DNA from: an uncultured Nitrospira sp. | GTDB taxonomy: Bacteria > Nitrospirota > Nitrospiria > SBBL01 > JAADHI01 | Direction of reading: 5' to 3' | DNA length: 64,000 nucleotides | Assembly: GCA_964451325.1 (NCBI GenBank) | Contig: CAYVHO010000008.1 | Span: 5,537-69,536, forward strand | In this document: in pieces, positions 54,099 through 62,524 of the stretch | Position numbering within the stretch: position 1 is the stretch's first letter | Layout of the letters: the number at the start of each line of letters is the position of its first letter | The notes under the pieces: model-generated | The model's input: the letters and a program-made list of their open reading frames with translations, nothing else | What the model was told of the DNA's origin: nothing | The model's database searches: none | Translations under genes and position numbers: made by a program

Positions 54099-55154
54099 TT
54101 ATTGCTCAAATTGGCTGGTGAGTTGGCCGCAAGCGGCCAAAATATCTCTGCCCTTGCTTTTTCGGATGGTTGTTCGAATGTGGTGTTGGTGCAGATGACT
54201 TTGAAACGCGAAAATTTGTGCGTCCGGCGTCGCTTGATAGGGGGAACCAGGGTAGTGATTAAAAGGAATCAGATTGATTTTACAGGGAATGCCCCGAATC
54301 AGATGCGTGAGGCGTTTCGCATCTTCAAGGCTGTCATTGATGCCGTCTAACATGACGTATTCAAACGTGATGGAGCGACGCGGGGGGAGATGGAAGCGGC
54401 GACAGGCGGCAAGCAGTGCCCTTAGAGGATAGAGCCGATTGACCTTCGGCATTAAAAGATCCCGGATTTCATCGGTGGTTGCATTGAGTGAGATGGATAA
54501 ATTGACATCAATCGGTCCGGCTAACAGTTGCTCGATTTGAGGTACCATCCCTGCTGTGGAAACGGTGACCCGGCGGGAGGCGAGGTCGAACCCGGCTTGC
54601 GAGATCATCCAGACCAAGGCTTTTTGCAAAGCCTTTAGATTGGCGACGGGTTCTCCCATGCCCATCAGGACAATGTTGCTGATGCGCTCACCTTCGTGTA
54701 ACAGGGATTGAACGGTCAGGATTTGATTGAGGATTTCGTCTGAGCGTAGATTGCGTTTGAGTCCCATCTGTGCCGTCAAACAAAATGTACAGTCGAGGGT
54801 GCAGCCAACTTGTGAAGAGATACAGAGCGTGCGGCGACTGTCGTCTCGAATTAAAACGGTTTCAATCTGTTTGCCATCAGAAAGGCCAAAAAGGAATTTC
54901 TCAGTGCCATCGACCGATTTTTGGCGACTGAGTATTTCAAGTGGGGCAAGGTGGACGGCTTTGGCCAAAAGCAGGCGGTCCCCCTTGGAAAGGTTGCTCA
55001 TGGCATCAATGTTGGTCGTATAGCGTTTGTAAACCCAGGCCAGGACTTGTGAAATTCGGTAGCGCTTCCAGCCCAGTTTTATCCCAAGGGCTGTCATTTC
55101 TTCGAGACTCAGTGCCAAAAAATGTGGTTTTGTGTGATTCATGGAAACCGACAA
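54099..55154 (-). CDS. rlmN: 23S rRNA/tRNA adenine-C2 methyltransferase RlmN (radical SAM)
   Basis: Radical SAM CxxxCxxC (GCTLDCTFC), MGMGEP and the C-terminal GRDILAACGQL motifs. Confidence 0.9.
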   Translation of the reverse strand: MSVSMNHTKPHFLALSLEEMTALGIKLGWKRYRISQVLAWVYKRYTTNIDAMSNLSKGDRLLLAKAVHLAPLEILSRQKSVDGTEKFLFGLSDGKQIETVLIRDDSRRTLCISSQVGCTLDCTFCLTAQMGLKRNLRSDEILNQILTVQSLLHEGERISNIVLMGMGEPVANLKALQKALVWMISQAGFDLASRRVTVSTAGMVPQIEQLLAGPIDVNLSISLNATTDEIRDLLMPKVNRLYPLRALLAACRRFHLPPRRSITFEYVMLDGINDSLEDAKRLTHLIRGIPCKINLIPFNHYPGSPYQATPDAQIFAFQSHLHQHHIRTTIRKSKGRDILAACGQLTSQFEQ

Positions 55155-55492
55155 GTGACATTGCCGATAATCTGCTTTCCTGCGACAGCACCAAAATCGC
55201 GGCTGTCTGTGCTTTCGTCTACATTGTCACCCCGGAGGAAATAACGATCATCATCCAGAACAGCCGTGATTCGTTTGATCATGGGAAATCCGGGACGCTG
55301 CGGATGCAGGACAAGCACAAGATCACCCGCGTCAGGTCGTTTTTTACGATAAGCTCGGGCATCAACCAAAACTTCATCACCCGCTTTTAAGAGGGGAAAC
55401 ATTGAGGCTCCAGAAATACGCTTGCGTTTCCGGAGCCTCAAGAGCCAAAACAACAGATCACGATGGGTGCTATTTCTTAATGTCTTACTCAT
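55139..55492 (-). CDS. sodX: Nickel-type superoxide dismutase maturation protease (S26 family)
   Basis: 117 aa. Signal-peptidase-like SGASMFPLLKAGDEV and GDNVDESTDSRDFG motifs. Immediately downstream of sodN. Confidence 0.75.
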   Translation of the reverse strand: MSKTLRNSTHRDLLFWLLRLRKRKRISGASMFPLLKAGDEVLVDARAYRKKRPDAGDLVLVLHPQRPGFPMIKRITAVLDDDRYFLRGDNVDESTDSRDFGAVAGKQIIGNVTCRFP

Positions 55493-55519
55493 TCGGAACC
55501 TGTAAAAATTAGAACAGTC

Positions 55520-55975
55520 TTAGCTTACTGTGTAATAAGCGACTTCGCGGTTTTTTGAACCCCAGAACATTCCGTGAATCGTCTCAATAGCTGCCATCAA
55601 TTTTTCTGCACTTTCCAAGCTCACAGACACCTTACAGGCCGAACACAGTTTAGCGGCTTGCCAAAAGGTCTCGTGCAAATTGGGGTTGGCTTCCAAATGA
55701 GGCGGCTTGAAATAATCCGTCCACAAAATAAGCAATTCGGTCTTCGCAACATGGGCCTGCTCTTCTTTAATGGCAATGTAGCGGGAGAGCGTATGTTGGG
55801 AAGCGTCATCCTTGCTGTCTTTCAGTGCGATAATCTTTTTTGTCATTGCAAGCACGGCTTCTGCTGCAATCCGGGCAGAAGCGGGGTCATAGACACCACA
55901 AGGCCCATCGCAGTGCGCATGAACGAGAGGTGCGGGCTTCAATTCTTTTATTTTTTGTGCAATCTGCTTGATCAT
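55520..55975 (-). CDS. sodN: Nickel superoxide dismutase precursor
   Basis: Ni-hook HCDGPCGVYDP preceded by a short propeptide. ATG 55975 is preferred over the TTG at 55999. Confidence 0.9.
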   Translation of the reverse strand: MIKQIAQKIKELKPAPLVHAHCDGPCGVYDPASARIAAEAVLAMTKKIIALKDSKDDASQHTLSRYIAIKEEQAHVAKTELLILWTDYFKPPHLEANPNLHETFWQAAKLCSACKVSVSLESAEKLMAAIETIHGMFWGSKNREVAYYTVS

Positions 55976-56319
55976 TCTATTTATCTTCCTCCATATCAAT
56001 GAATTAAGCCTGAGGGGCTTCCTGACAGAAAAAAAATCCCCGGACAGCCTTCAAGCGTTTCAAAATCGGGTCGGTCGAAACTTGAAGAACAACTTCGCGC
56101 CCACCATAACAGGTTAGGACAGTCCAAAAAAAGAAAAAATATTAAAGAAAGTATTTCTTATTATTGTTCGAGAGGGTTTTTCCGAACCATGATTACGAGG
56201 GGGAAAAGGGAGGAAAGGTGTTACTATTAAGTGCCATAATGTTTAGTTCATTCCGCCTCCTTAATCTGGAGATAGAAAAACAGGATATAGTCTTAAGGCG
56301 CTAGGATGTGTGTGTGTCC

Positions 56320-56348
56320 TTGACAAAACATTCTTAATCGACTAGAAT
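56320..56348 (+). promoter_or_regulatory. Candidate strong sigma70 promoter
   Basis: TTGACA-N17-TAGAAT. A second candidate, TTGACA-N17-TAGGAT, lies at 56424-56452. The leader to the ATG at 56558 is ~200 nt or ~100 nt respectively. Confidence 0.45.
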
Positions 56349-56557
56349 GGCTAGTACAATATCAAGGAATTCAATGATTTTGTAAGATTGTTGTGACCTA
56401 ATAGATAATACGCATTTTCCAGTTTGACAGGGAGAAGTGATTTTATTAGGATTTAGCGTCTTCTAAACTTAAGCCTTTAGATTGAGTGGGGACGCATAAT
56501 AGTGATTATCTCGGACTTCTTGTCGAATAGAAGTGAGATAGAGGGAGGAAATAGCTT

Positions 56558-57400
56558 ATGTTAAAAAAAGTGCTTTTTTTAACGTTGGTTGTGGGTGCTT
56601 TTACGTTTGTCGCTCAGAAAGAGGCTTCAGCCCAGTGTGTTGGTGGTAATGGTGCTTCTAATATTGTTTGTACAAACGATTCTGCAACCGTCGGCAGTGC
56701 CACCCTTGGATTTGATCCGAGTGGTGCGTTAATGGCCGCGGTTACAAACACAGACCCGAGTGCGGGCCCGTGTTTCACCTGTCCAAATTCAAATGCCGGT
56801 GGCACAACTGCAGGTGCATTGACCAATAGCATGTTCGGAACCATTCGGCTCAATTCTGATGCGGACTTGGGTGATAAGTCTTTTAATGCCTCCGTGCAGG
56901 GTTTGACCATTCCAACAGCCAAATCTTGTACTGCCATAGGGTGTAATGATTCGGGTGCTTTCACCTTTAGTATGCCGCTTCCTACGATGGACAACTTGTC
57001 TGCGGGTACGGCCATTGCCACAAATCCGGATCCAGGCGTTCCTGTGGGGACTGCCGGTGCAAGGGTGACCGTTTCAAATACATTCACTTATAATGCGGAT
57101 GGTTCAAGTTCTTTTGATCAGACCGTTGAGCAGCTGACCTTCACCGAAGGGCTTGCGGGCAATGACTTACAGCATGTGATTATACAAGCTGATTCTGCGA
57201 GTCTTGCAAATCCCAATCCTGCTGGTGGTGGGACTGGTGTGGTGAACTACTCCCAGACCATTACAGAAGGTGCTTTTGTCTTGGGTCCCTTGAACGGGTC
57301 TTTCCTCTACAATGTTGGTGCGGCTTTTAATGTAGCCGGTGGTTTTGGTGCAAATGCCCCAACGGGTCCAGATGGAACAGCGGTTCTTCCAGACAACTAA
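56558..57400 (+). CDS. Secreted Gly/Ala/Thr/Asn-rich protein with three closely spaced Cys pairs, unknown family
   Basis: 280 aa. GGAGG RBS. Signal peptide ending EASA-QC. Cys pairs are CVGGNGASNIVC, CFTC and CTAIGC. A strong terminator follows. Confidence 0.7.
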   Translation: MLKKVLFLTLVVGAFTFVAQKEASAQCVGGNGASNIVCTNDSATVGSATLGFDPSGALMAAVTNTDPSAGPCFTCPNSNAGGTTAGALTNSMFGTIRLNSDADLGDKSFNASVQGLTIPTAKSCTAIGCNDSGAFTFSMPLPTMDNLSAGTAIATNPDPGVPVGTAGARVTVSNTFTYNADGSSSFDQTVEQLTFTEGLAGNDLQHVIIQADSASLANPNPAGGGTGVVNYSQTITEGAFVLGPLNGSFLYNVGAAFNVAGGFGANAPTGPDGTAVLPDN

Positions 57401-57440
57401 TATAAGTCTTTAGTTGTCTCAGCGTTTTGCTGGCCTAAAA

Positions 57441-57471
57441 GGGAGAAGCTTTTCAGCTTCTCCCTTTTTTT
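57441..57471 (+). terminator. Rho-independent terminator/attenuator between the secreted-protein gene and the giant OM-protein gene
   Basis: GGGAGAAGC-TTTTCA-GCTTCTCCC followed by T7. Confidence 0.85.
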
Positions 57472-57538
57472 ATCTGTTATACTTTAAGCAAGATTTTCCA
57501 AGCTGTATTTCCCTCAATCTATCCGTGGTTTCCCAGTG

Positions 57539-60500
57539 ATGGAGCCTGAATTTATCCCTCCCTTTGGATCCAGAAAAGATCCTACATTTCCTGTAATAGG
57601 ATTTTCGGTTTTTTTGTTTTTTCTTTTAGTCCAATTTTTTTTAGTGTCTCCTTCGTTTGCCCAATCTGCTCAAGACGAAACGGAAAAACAGATTTTTGAA
57701 GAAGGCCGGGGATTCATCGAAAGTGGAAATCTAGATCAGGCCATTGCATCCTTTCAAGATATCTTGCTGATCAATCCGGTGCATACGCCCTCCCATCTTA
57801 ATCTGGGTCTTATTTACGGTCTTAAGGGACAAATCAATACGGCCATTGAATCCCTAAAACAGGCCGTGGAAATCGACTCAAAGCTGCTTGCGGGTTATTT
57901 GTTATTGGGGCAGATGTATATGCGAAAGAAACTGCCCGACGAGGCAAAGATGGCCTATGCACAAGTCATTGAGATACAGCCAGATTATGCAGGGGGTTAT
58001 ACCCTCCTGGCTCAGGTCTATCAACAGGAAGGCGACCTTGTTAAAGCGGTCGAGCTCTATCGTTTGGCTGCGTCCATGAAGGATGATTCTCCAGAAAAGA
58101 AACAAGCTCAATTGGCCCTTGAAAATCTAAAAAAAAGAGCCCGTGTTATTTTTGAGCGAGGCATAAACCTTTTTCGGCAGGGTGAGGTAGAGCATGCTAT
58201 CACGCTCTTTGAAAAAGTACGCATTATTGATCCAGAGTATGTTCAGGTTCTTTTCGAGTTGGGCATCATCTATATGGGCAAGGGGGAGTTGGAGGAGGGT
58301 GTCCTTATTTTGAAACAGGCGATTGAAAAAGATCCGACCTTTCTCCCTGCGTATTTAAATCTAGGGCAAGCTTATGAAAATCAAGGAGAAATTGCAGATG
58401 CCATCCTTCAATATCGTAAGGTTCTCTCCCGTACCCAGACGCCAGAAGTCCAAGAGGCCATACTTGCTCGGAAAAAACTAAGCCAATTGGGAGAAACCCC
58501 TGAAATTGGGAAAATGGTGCAGTCTCTCCTGCAAGAGGGTGCCCGTTTGCTTGCGGCCGAGGACTTAGAGGGGGCAAAGGCTGAATTTCGGGTCGTTTTG
58601 ACTTTTCTCCCTAAACAGGCATTGGTTCATTATCAATTGGCCGAAATTGATGTGCAACAAGGTAAGCCGCTTGAAGCCGAAAAAAAGTTCAAAGCTGCAA
58701 TTGCCATCGAAATCAATCATTTTCCAAGTTATTATGCTTTAGCCGATCTCTATGAAGAACGAGAGGAAATTGGGGCTGCAACTAAAATCTATGAAGACCT
58801 TATTCAGATTAGGCCCACAGATCTTCTTGCAAAGATCCGTTTGGGGATCTTACTTGAGAAAGAAGATGAAATTAAAAAAGCCTTAGCTTTATACCATCAG
58901 GTTATTGATTCCTCCACGCAGGGCAGCAAACCTATTTTGGAATTGGCGCAAACCCGGATTGACCTTTATGAAAAAAAACGGATGCTGAGTTTCTCTAATA
59001 CCGCGATCTCATACGACAGTAATCGTACGCAGAGCGAGGATCCGGAAAGTGAAATGGTTTCTTCTCTGGCGATGGGGGCGACCTATTTTTTTAAAAAACT
59101 TGAGCGTTATCGTATTCCAATGAAGTTTAATTTAAGTACTCGTTTTTTGCATCGCGCCCAGCTTTATTTTTTTAATTCCGGTCTATCTCTTTCTTACGCA
59201 CGTTCATTTTCAAATTATAGTGTTTTGGCCGACTCTAATTTTACGCTGGGCAGCGTGTTTGGCAGTGACGTTGAAAATGGAAAATCTTTTATCAGTCAGG
59301 ATTATACCGGAGAGATTACCCGTCAAGGGACTATTCCAAGTGCCATTACCTTACGTGGAAATTTCAAAGATACCGAAGTTTTTAGTAACCCCATCTTTAG
59401 TTCTAAACGGATGACAGGGACAGGAATTCTTTCCCAAAATCTTTCTATTGGAGAAAGCGACCTGGGAAGTCTACATCTCGGTCTCAGTGTCCTTGATAAT
59501 GCCATTGTGGCGAACGATCAGACACGAAGAGAAACCAAGCTTTCTTTGGATTACAATCGGAATTTTGGCGAAAAATTTACCTTGAGGATGGGTTATTCCC
59601 AGACGGAGCTGGATTTTGTAAACATCGACACCTTGTCTCTAAGCCGAGGGGAGGCCACAAAGCGGCAGAGTACTCGCAGAAGTGCAAGCCTTGGTTTTTC
59701 GTATCGTCTTAAAAAAGGTTTGACCTTTTTTGGAAATTATACGCGAATTGAAAATAAAACAAATCTGCCCATTCCCGCCGATTTGAGCATAGAAGATATC
59801 AATAATAGCCAGATTGGTGCGCTTGGCAATTACGATCAAAACCTCATGAGCTTGGGTTTGAGCGGTAGGGCAGATCTAGAAACATTTTATCCTCAATGGC
59901 ATCGTTTTGGAAAAAAGCTCACCGTGGGACTCACAACGGGCTACTATCATCCTGCACTGACAGAGCTGAATGATATTTTGCGTGATCCCAAAACCGTGAT
60001 TGTGCAAGACCCCAATCACCTGCTGCCTACAAACCCAGGATTTCGCTCCGAAGCCAGAAATATTGCAATGAAAAATATCGGTGGAGGAACCAGTCTTGGG
60101 ATTGAGGCGGAATGGGAAATCAGTGCACATAACGGCCTGGTTTTGAGCGTCTCAGAATGGCGAAACAGCACGGTTCGAACCGATCTGGTGCCTTTATTGC
60201 TCTCCCCCGGAGCGCCCGCAATCATGGTACCAAGGAGTGCACGTTACAACCTCACCATCAATCAGGTCTTTTTGTCCTGGCGTTATTCCCTGATCAACCA
60301 CGCGACAAAGGGACGTCTCTTTTTTGATTTGGGTTTAATCGGTGGTTCATTTACCAATTTAACTGCGGATGCCCTGATTAAGGTTGAAGACAATCCGGTG
60401 GGTGACCCTTTTGCATCCTTAGGGTCATTTGAGGCCCGGGGACGTAGTTTTACAACACGTGTGGGTTTGGGTGCGGCCATTTTTATTCGGCCCTGGTTGT

Positions 60501-62308
60501 CTCTGGGTTTGAGTGCAAATTATGTCTGGGGAACCGTAACCAAACTTAAAATTGCGCGTGACTTTCCTTCCAGTTTTGGTCTGATTGACGAGGGTTTGCC
60601 CGGGGTGGCCAATAGCGACTGCCTTCCACGACTTGGCGATCGCCCAACAGGGGATACCCTGACCACAAGAACGTGTGAGGTGGACCAAATCCCAGACCCG
60701 GACGAGCGACCGAAAATCTTGAAACTGAAATTAAATGGACTTGAAGGCCGCGTTGCTTTGCGCTTTCATTTTGGAAAAGGCAAGCCGGGACGAACGGCAT
60801 TCGAGAAATTTATGAATTGGGGTGATCAGGAAGAAGTCGAAAGTGAATCTGAGAAAGCCGCACCGTCTTGGAAAAGTGCGGGAAGCTGGGGCAGTCGCAA
60901 CGCAAGATTGGGTCTTTCGGCTTTAAGTTTTGACGGAACCCTAAAAAATGAAACGGCTTACCGTATCAATAAACCGCTGACTTTTACCAAGGCGCTTAGT
61001 TTGATGCGTCTCAATACACAGTATGTTTTTTCATCCAAATTTAAGGTGACTGGGCGAGGACGTATTTTTTATGATGCCATTACGGATTTTGTTGATCCCG
61101 ATACGATTAGCCCAAGACGATTTGAAAATACGATTCTGACGCAACTGCCGCGAAGTCCGACGCCCGCGGAAATTGCGGCGGTTGATGTGAATAACTCTCG
61201 GGGTGTTGAAATCAATCAAGACGGTGCCGAGTTGAGAGAGTTTTATTTGGATGCACAATTCAAACACTTCGACCTGCGGATTGGCAGACAAATCGTACGT
61301 TGGGGGGTTGTGCCTGGCGCACGTGTCACGGATGAAATCAATCCCTTTGATTTTGGAGAGTTTATTTTGAGGGAGGTTGAAGATCGCTTTATTCCCTTAA
61401 TGATGGCCAAAATTGACTTTTTCCCCGGAGACGCCCGTTTTGAATTGATTTGGATTACAGAAGCCGTTCCTCATAAGCCGGCTCCTGTCGGCTCGGAGTT
61501 TGAGCAATTTCAAATCTTGGATGGTTTTATTGCGCCGGATGCCTTTTTGGATGCTTCGCTCAATTTTAATGCAGATGCCATCGAGAATACGGAAGTTGCC
61601 GCACGACTGGTTCAAAATTTGAAAGGCTGGGAAATTGGACTGACCGCTTTTTACACCTGGGATGATTTTCCAGCGAGTTTTCGTCGGATTGATGGCGAAC
61701 TTGGTGGGTTTTCGGTCGCACCGGAAGTCACCTTTACTCCGCGTATGAATCGCGTCACAACTCTTGGAACCACGCTTTCAAAAAGTTTTGGGCGAGTCGT
61801 TTTGAATACAGAGTTTGCCTACACCTTTGGAAAACTCTTTGGGACCTTGCTCACCATCGAGTCCGCGGCCACAGCGGCGATCAATGGCACACCCACAGGG
61901 ATTACTCCGCTTCTTGGAGAGTTGGAACGTGACTTTTTGAAATACGCTGCGGGCCTGGATTTTGCTTTTTTGGGGACGGAAATGTCGCTTCAGTTCCTCC
62001 AGCAATATATTCCAAATTGGGATTCTATTATTTTGCAGGACAGAGTCGACACCGTCGTGTCTCATTTTATGAGAAAAACCTTTATGAATGAGCGTTTGGT
62101 GGCAAAAATGTTGACACTTTTTTTTCTGAATGAAGATGACTTATTGCTGAGACCCGCAGTGGAAGCCCGCTTAACCGATAAAGTCAAAACGGTGTTCGGG
62201 TCTGATCTGTTCATTGGAGACCGGGGAGAAGAAGTCGGGCAATTTGATTTTATCGGATTTTTTAAGGACAGTAGCCGTGTTTATTTGGAATTTGTCTACA
62301 GCTTTTAG
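57539..62308 (+). CDS. Giant (~1590 aa) TPR-repeat / beta-barrel-type outer-membrane protein with DUF1302-like C-terminal module
   Basis: Signal peptide ending SFA-QS. About 430 aa of TPR-like repeats (recurring A..Y......P.......LG..Y). Then beta-rich segments. The C-terminal ~460 aa carry GTLKNETAY... and FDLRIGRQIVRWGVVPGARVTDEINPFD, which resemble DUF1302. The protein ends EFVYSF. Confidence 0.85.
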   Translation: MEPEFIPPFGSRKDPTFPVIGFSVFLFFLLVQFFLVSPSFAQSAQDETEKQIFEEGRGFIESGNLDQAIASFQDILLINPVHTPSHLNLGLIYGLKGQINTAIESLKQAVEIDSKLLAGYLLLGQMYMRKKLPDEAKMAYAQVIEIQPDYAGGYTLLAQVYQQEGDLVKAVELYRLAASMKDDSPEKKQAQLALENLKKRARVIFERGINLFRQGEVEHAITLFEKVRIIDPEYVQVLFELGIIYMGKGELEEGVLILKQAIEKDPTFLPAYLNLGQAYENQGEIADAILQYRKVLSRTQTPEVQEAILARKKLSQLGETPEIGKMVQSLLQEGARLLAAEDLEGAKAEFRVVLTFLPKQALVHYQLAEIDVQQGKPLEAEKKFKAAIAIEINHFPSYYALADLYEEREEIGAATKIYEDLIQIRPTDLLAKIRLGILLEKEDEIKKALALYHQVIDSSTQGSKPILELAQTRIDLYEKKRMLSFSNTAISYDSNRTQSEDPESEMVSSLAMGATYFFKKLERYRIPMKFNLSTRFLHRAQLYFFNSGLSLSYARSFSNYSVLADSNFTLGSVFGSDVENGKSFISQDYTGEITRQGTIPSAITLRGNFKDTEVFSNPIFSSKRMTGTGILSQNLSIGESDLGSLHLGLSVLDNAIVANDQTRRETKLSLDYNRNFGEKFTLRMGYSQTELDFVNIDTLSLSRGEATKRQSTRRSASLGFSYRLKKGLTFFGNYTRIENKTNLPIPADLSIEDINNSQIGALGNYDQNLMSLGLSGRADLETFYPQWHRFGKKLTVGLTTGYYHPALTELNDILRDPKTVIVQDPNHLLPTNPGFRSEARNIAMKNIGGGTSLGIEAEWEISAHNGLVLSVSEWRNSTVRTDLVPLLLSPGAPAIMVPRSARYNLTINQVFLSWRYSLINHATKGRLFFDLGLIGGSFTNLTADALIKVEDNPVGDPFASLGSFEARGRSFTTRVGLGAAIFIRPWLSLGLSANYVWGTVTKLKIARDFPSSFGLIDEGLPGVANSDCLPRLGDRPTGDTLTTRTCEVDQIPDPDERPKILKLKLNGLEGRVALRFHFGKGKPGRTAFEKFMNWGDQEEVESESEKAAPSWKSAGSWGSRNARLGLSALSFDGTLKNETAYRINKPLTFTKALSLMRLNTQYVFSSKFKVTGRGRIFYDAITDFVDPDTISPRRFENTILTQLPRSPTPAEIAAVDVNNSRGVEINQDGAELREFYLDAQFKHFDLRIGRQIVRWGVVPGARVTDEINPFDFGEFILREVEDRFIPLMMAKIDFFPGDARFELIWITEAVPHKPAPVGSEFEQFQILDGFIAPDAFLDASLNFNADAIENTEVAARLVQNLKGWEIGLTAFYTWDDFPASFRRIDGELGGFSVAPEVTFTPRMNRVTTLGTTLSKSFGRVVLNTEFAYTFGKLFGTLLTIESAATAAINGTPTGITPLLGELERDFLKYAAGLDFAFLGTEMSLQFLQQYIPNWDSIILQDRVDTVVSHFMRKTFMNERLVAKMLTLFFLNEDDLLLRPAVEARLTDKVKTVFGSDLFIGDRGEEVGQFDFIGFFKDSSRVYLEFVYSF

Positions 62309-62524
62309 ACAGGCTTTGCAGCGATTCGTTTTTTTGCGTTAAAATATCGGTATCACTCTATTTTTGCCGGAAAAAGCAATATGTAGTAAAATTAGTAAGT
62401 TAACTTGTATAATTTTAATTTTATATAAGTCTTAAAAAAGCTTTGACTAAGCTAAACGGGCCCAATCAGAGCGCCTATAAAGCGTTCCTTCTCTAAGAGC
62501 TCTTGATCAGGTTAGAGGGTAAGG

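Noticed and set aside
56307-56317. (TG)5 dinucleotide run two bases upstream of the -35 element, considered as a phase-variation tract
   Set aside because: Five units is short for slipped-strand switching, and the run lies outside the -35/-10 spacer. It is worth a look only if strain-to-strain length variation is seen.
56614-57087. 157-aa minus-strand ORF opposite the secreted G/T/N-rich protein gene
   Set aside because: The plus-strand frame has an RBS, a signal peptide and a terminator. The antisense ORF is explained by the biased codon composition of that gene.
62408-62413. Perfect TATAAT upstream of the lipoprotein gene, considered as its own promoter
   Set aside because: The best -35 candidate at 17-nt spacing (AGTAAA) is poor and the region is generally AT-rich. 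It is plausible but not supportable as a feature without transcript data.
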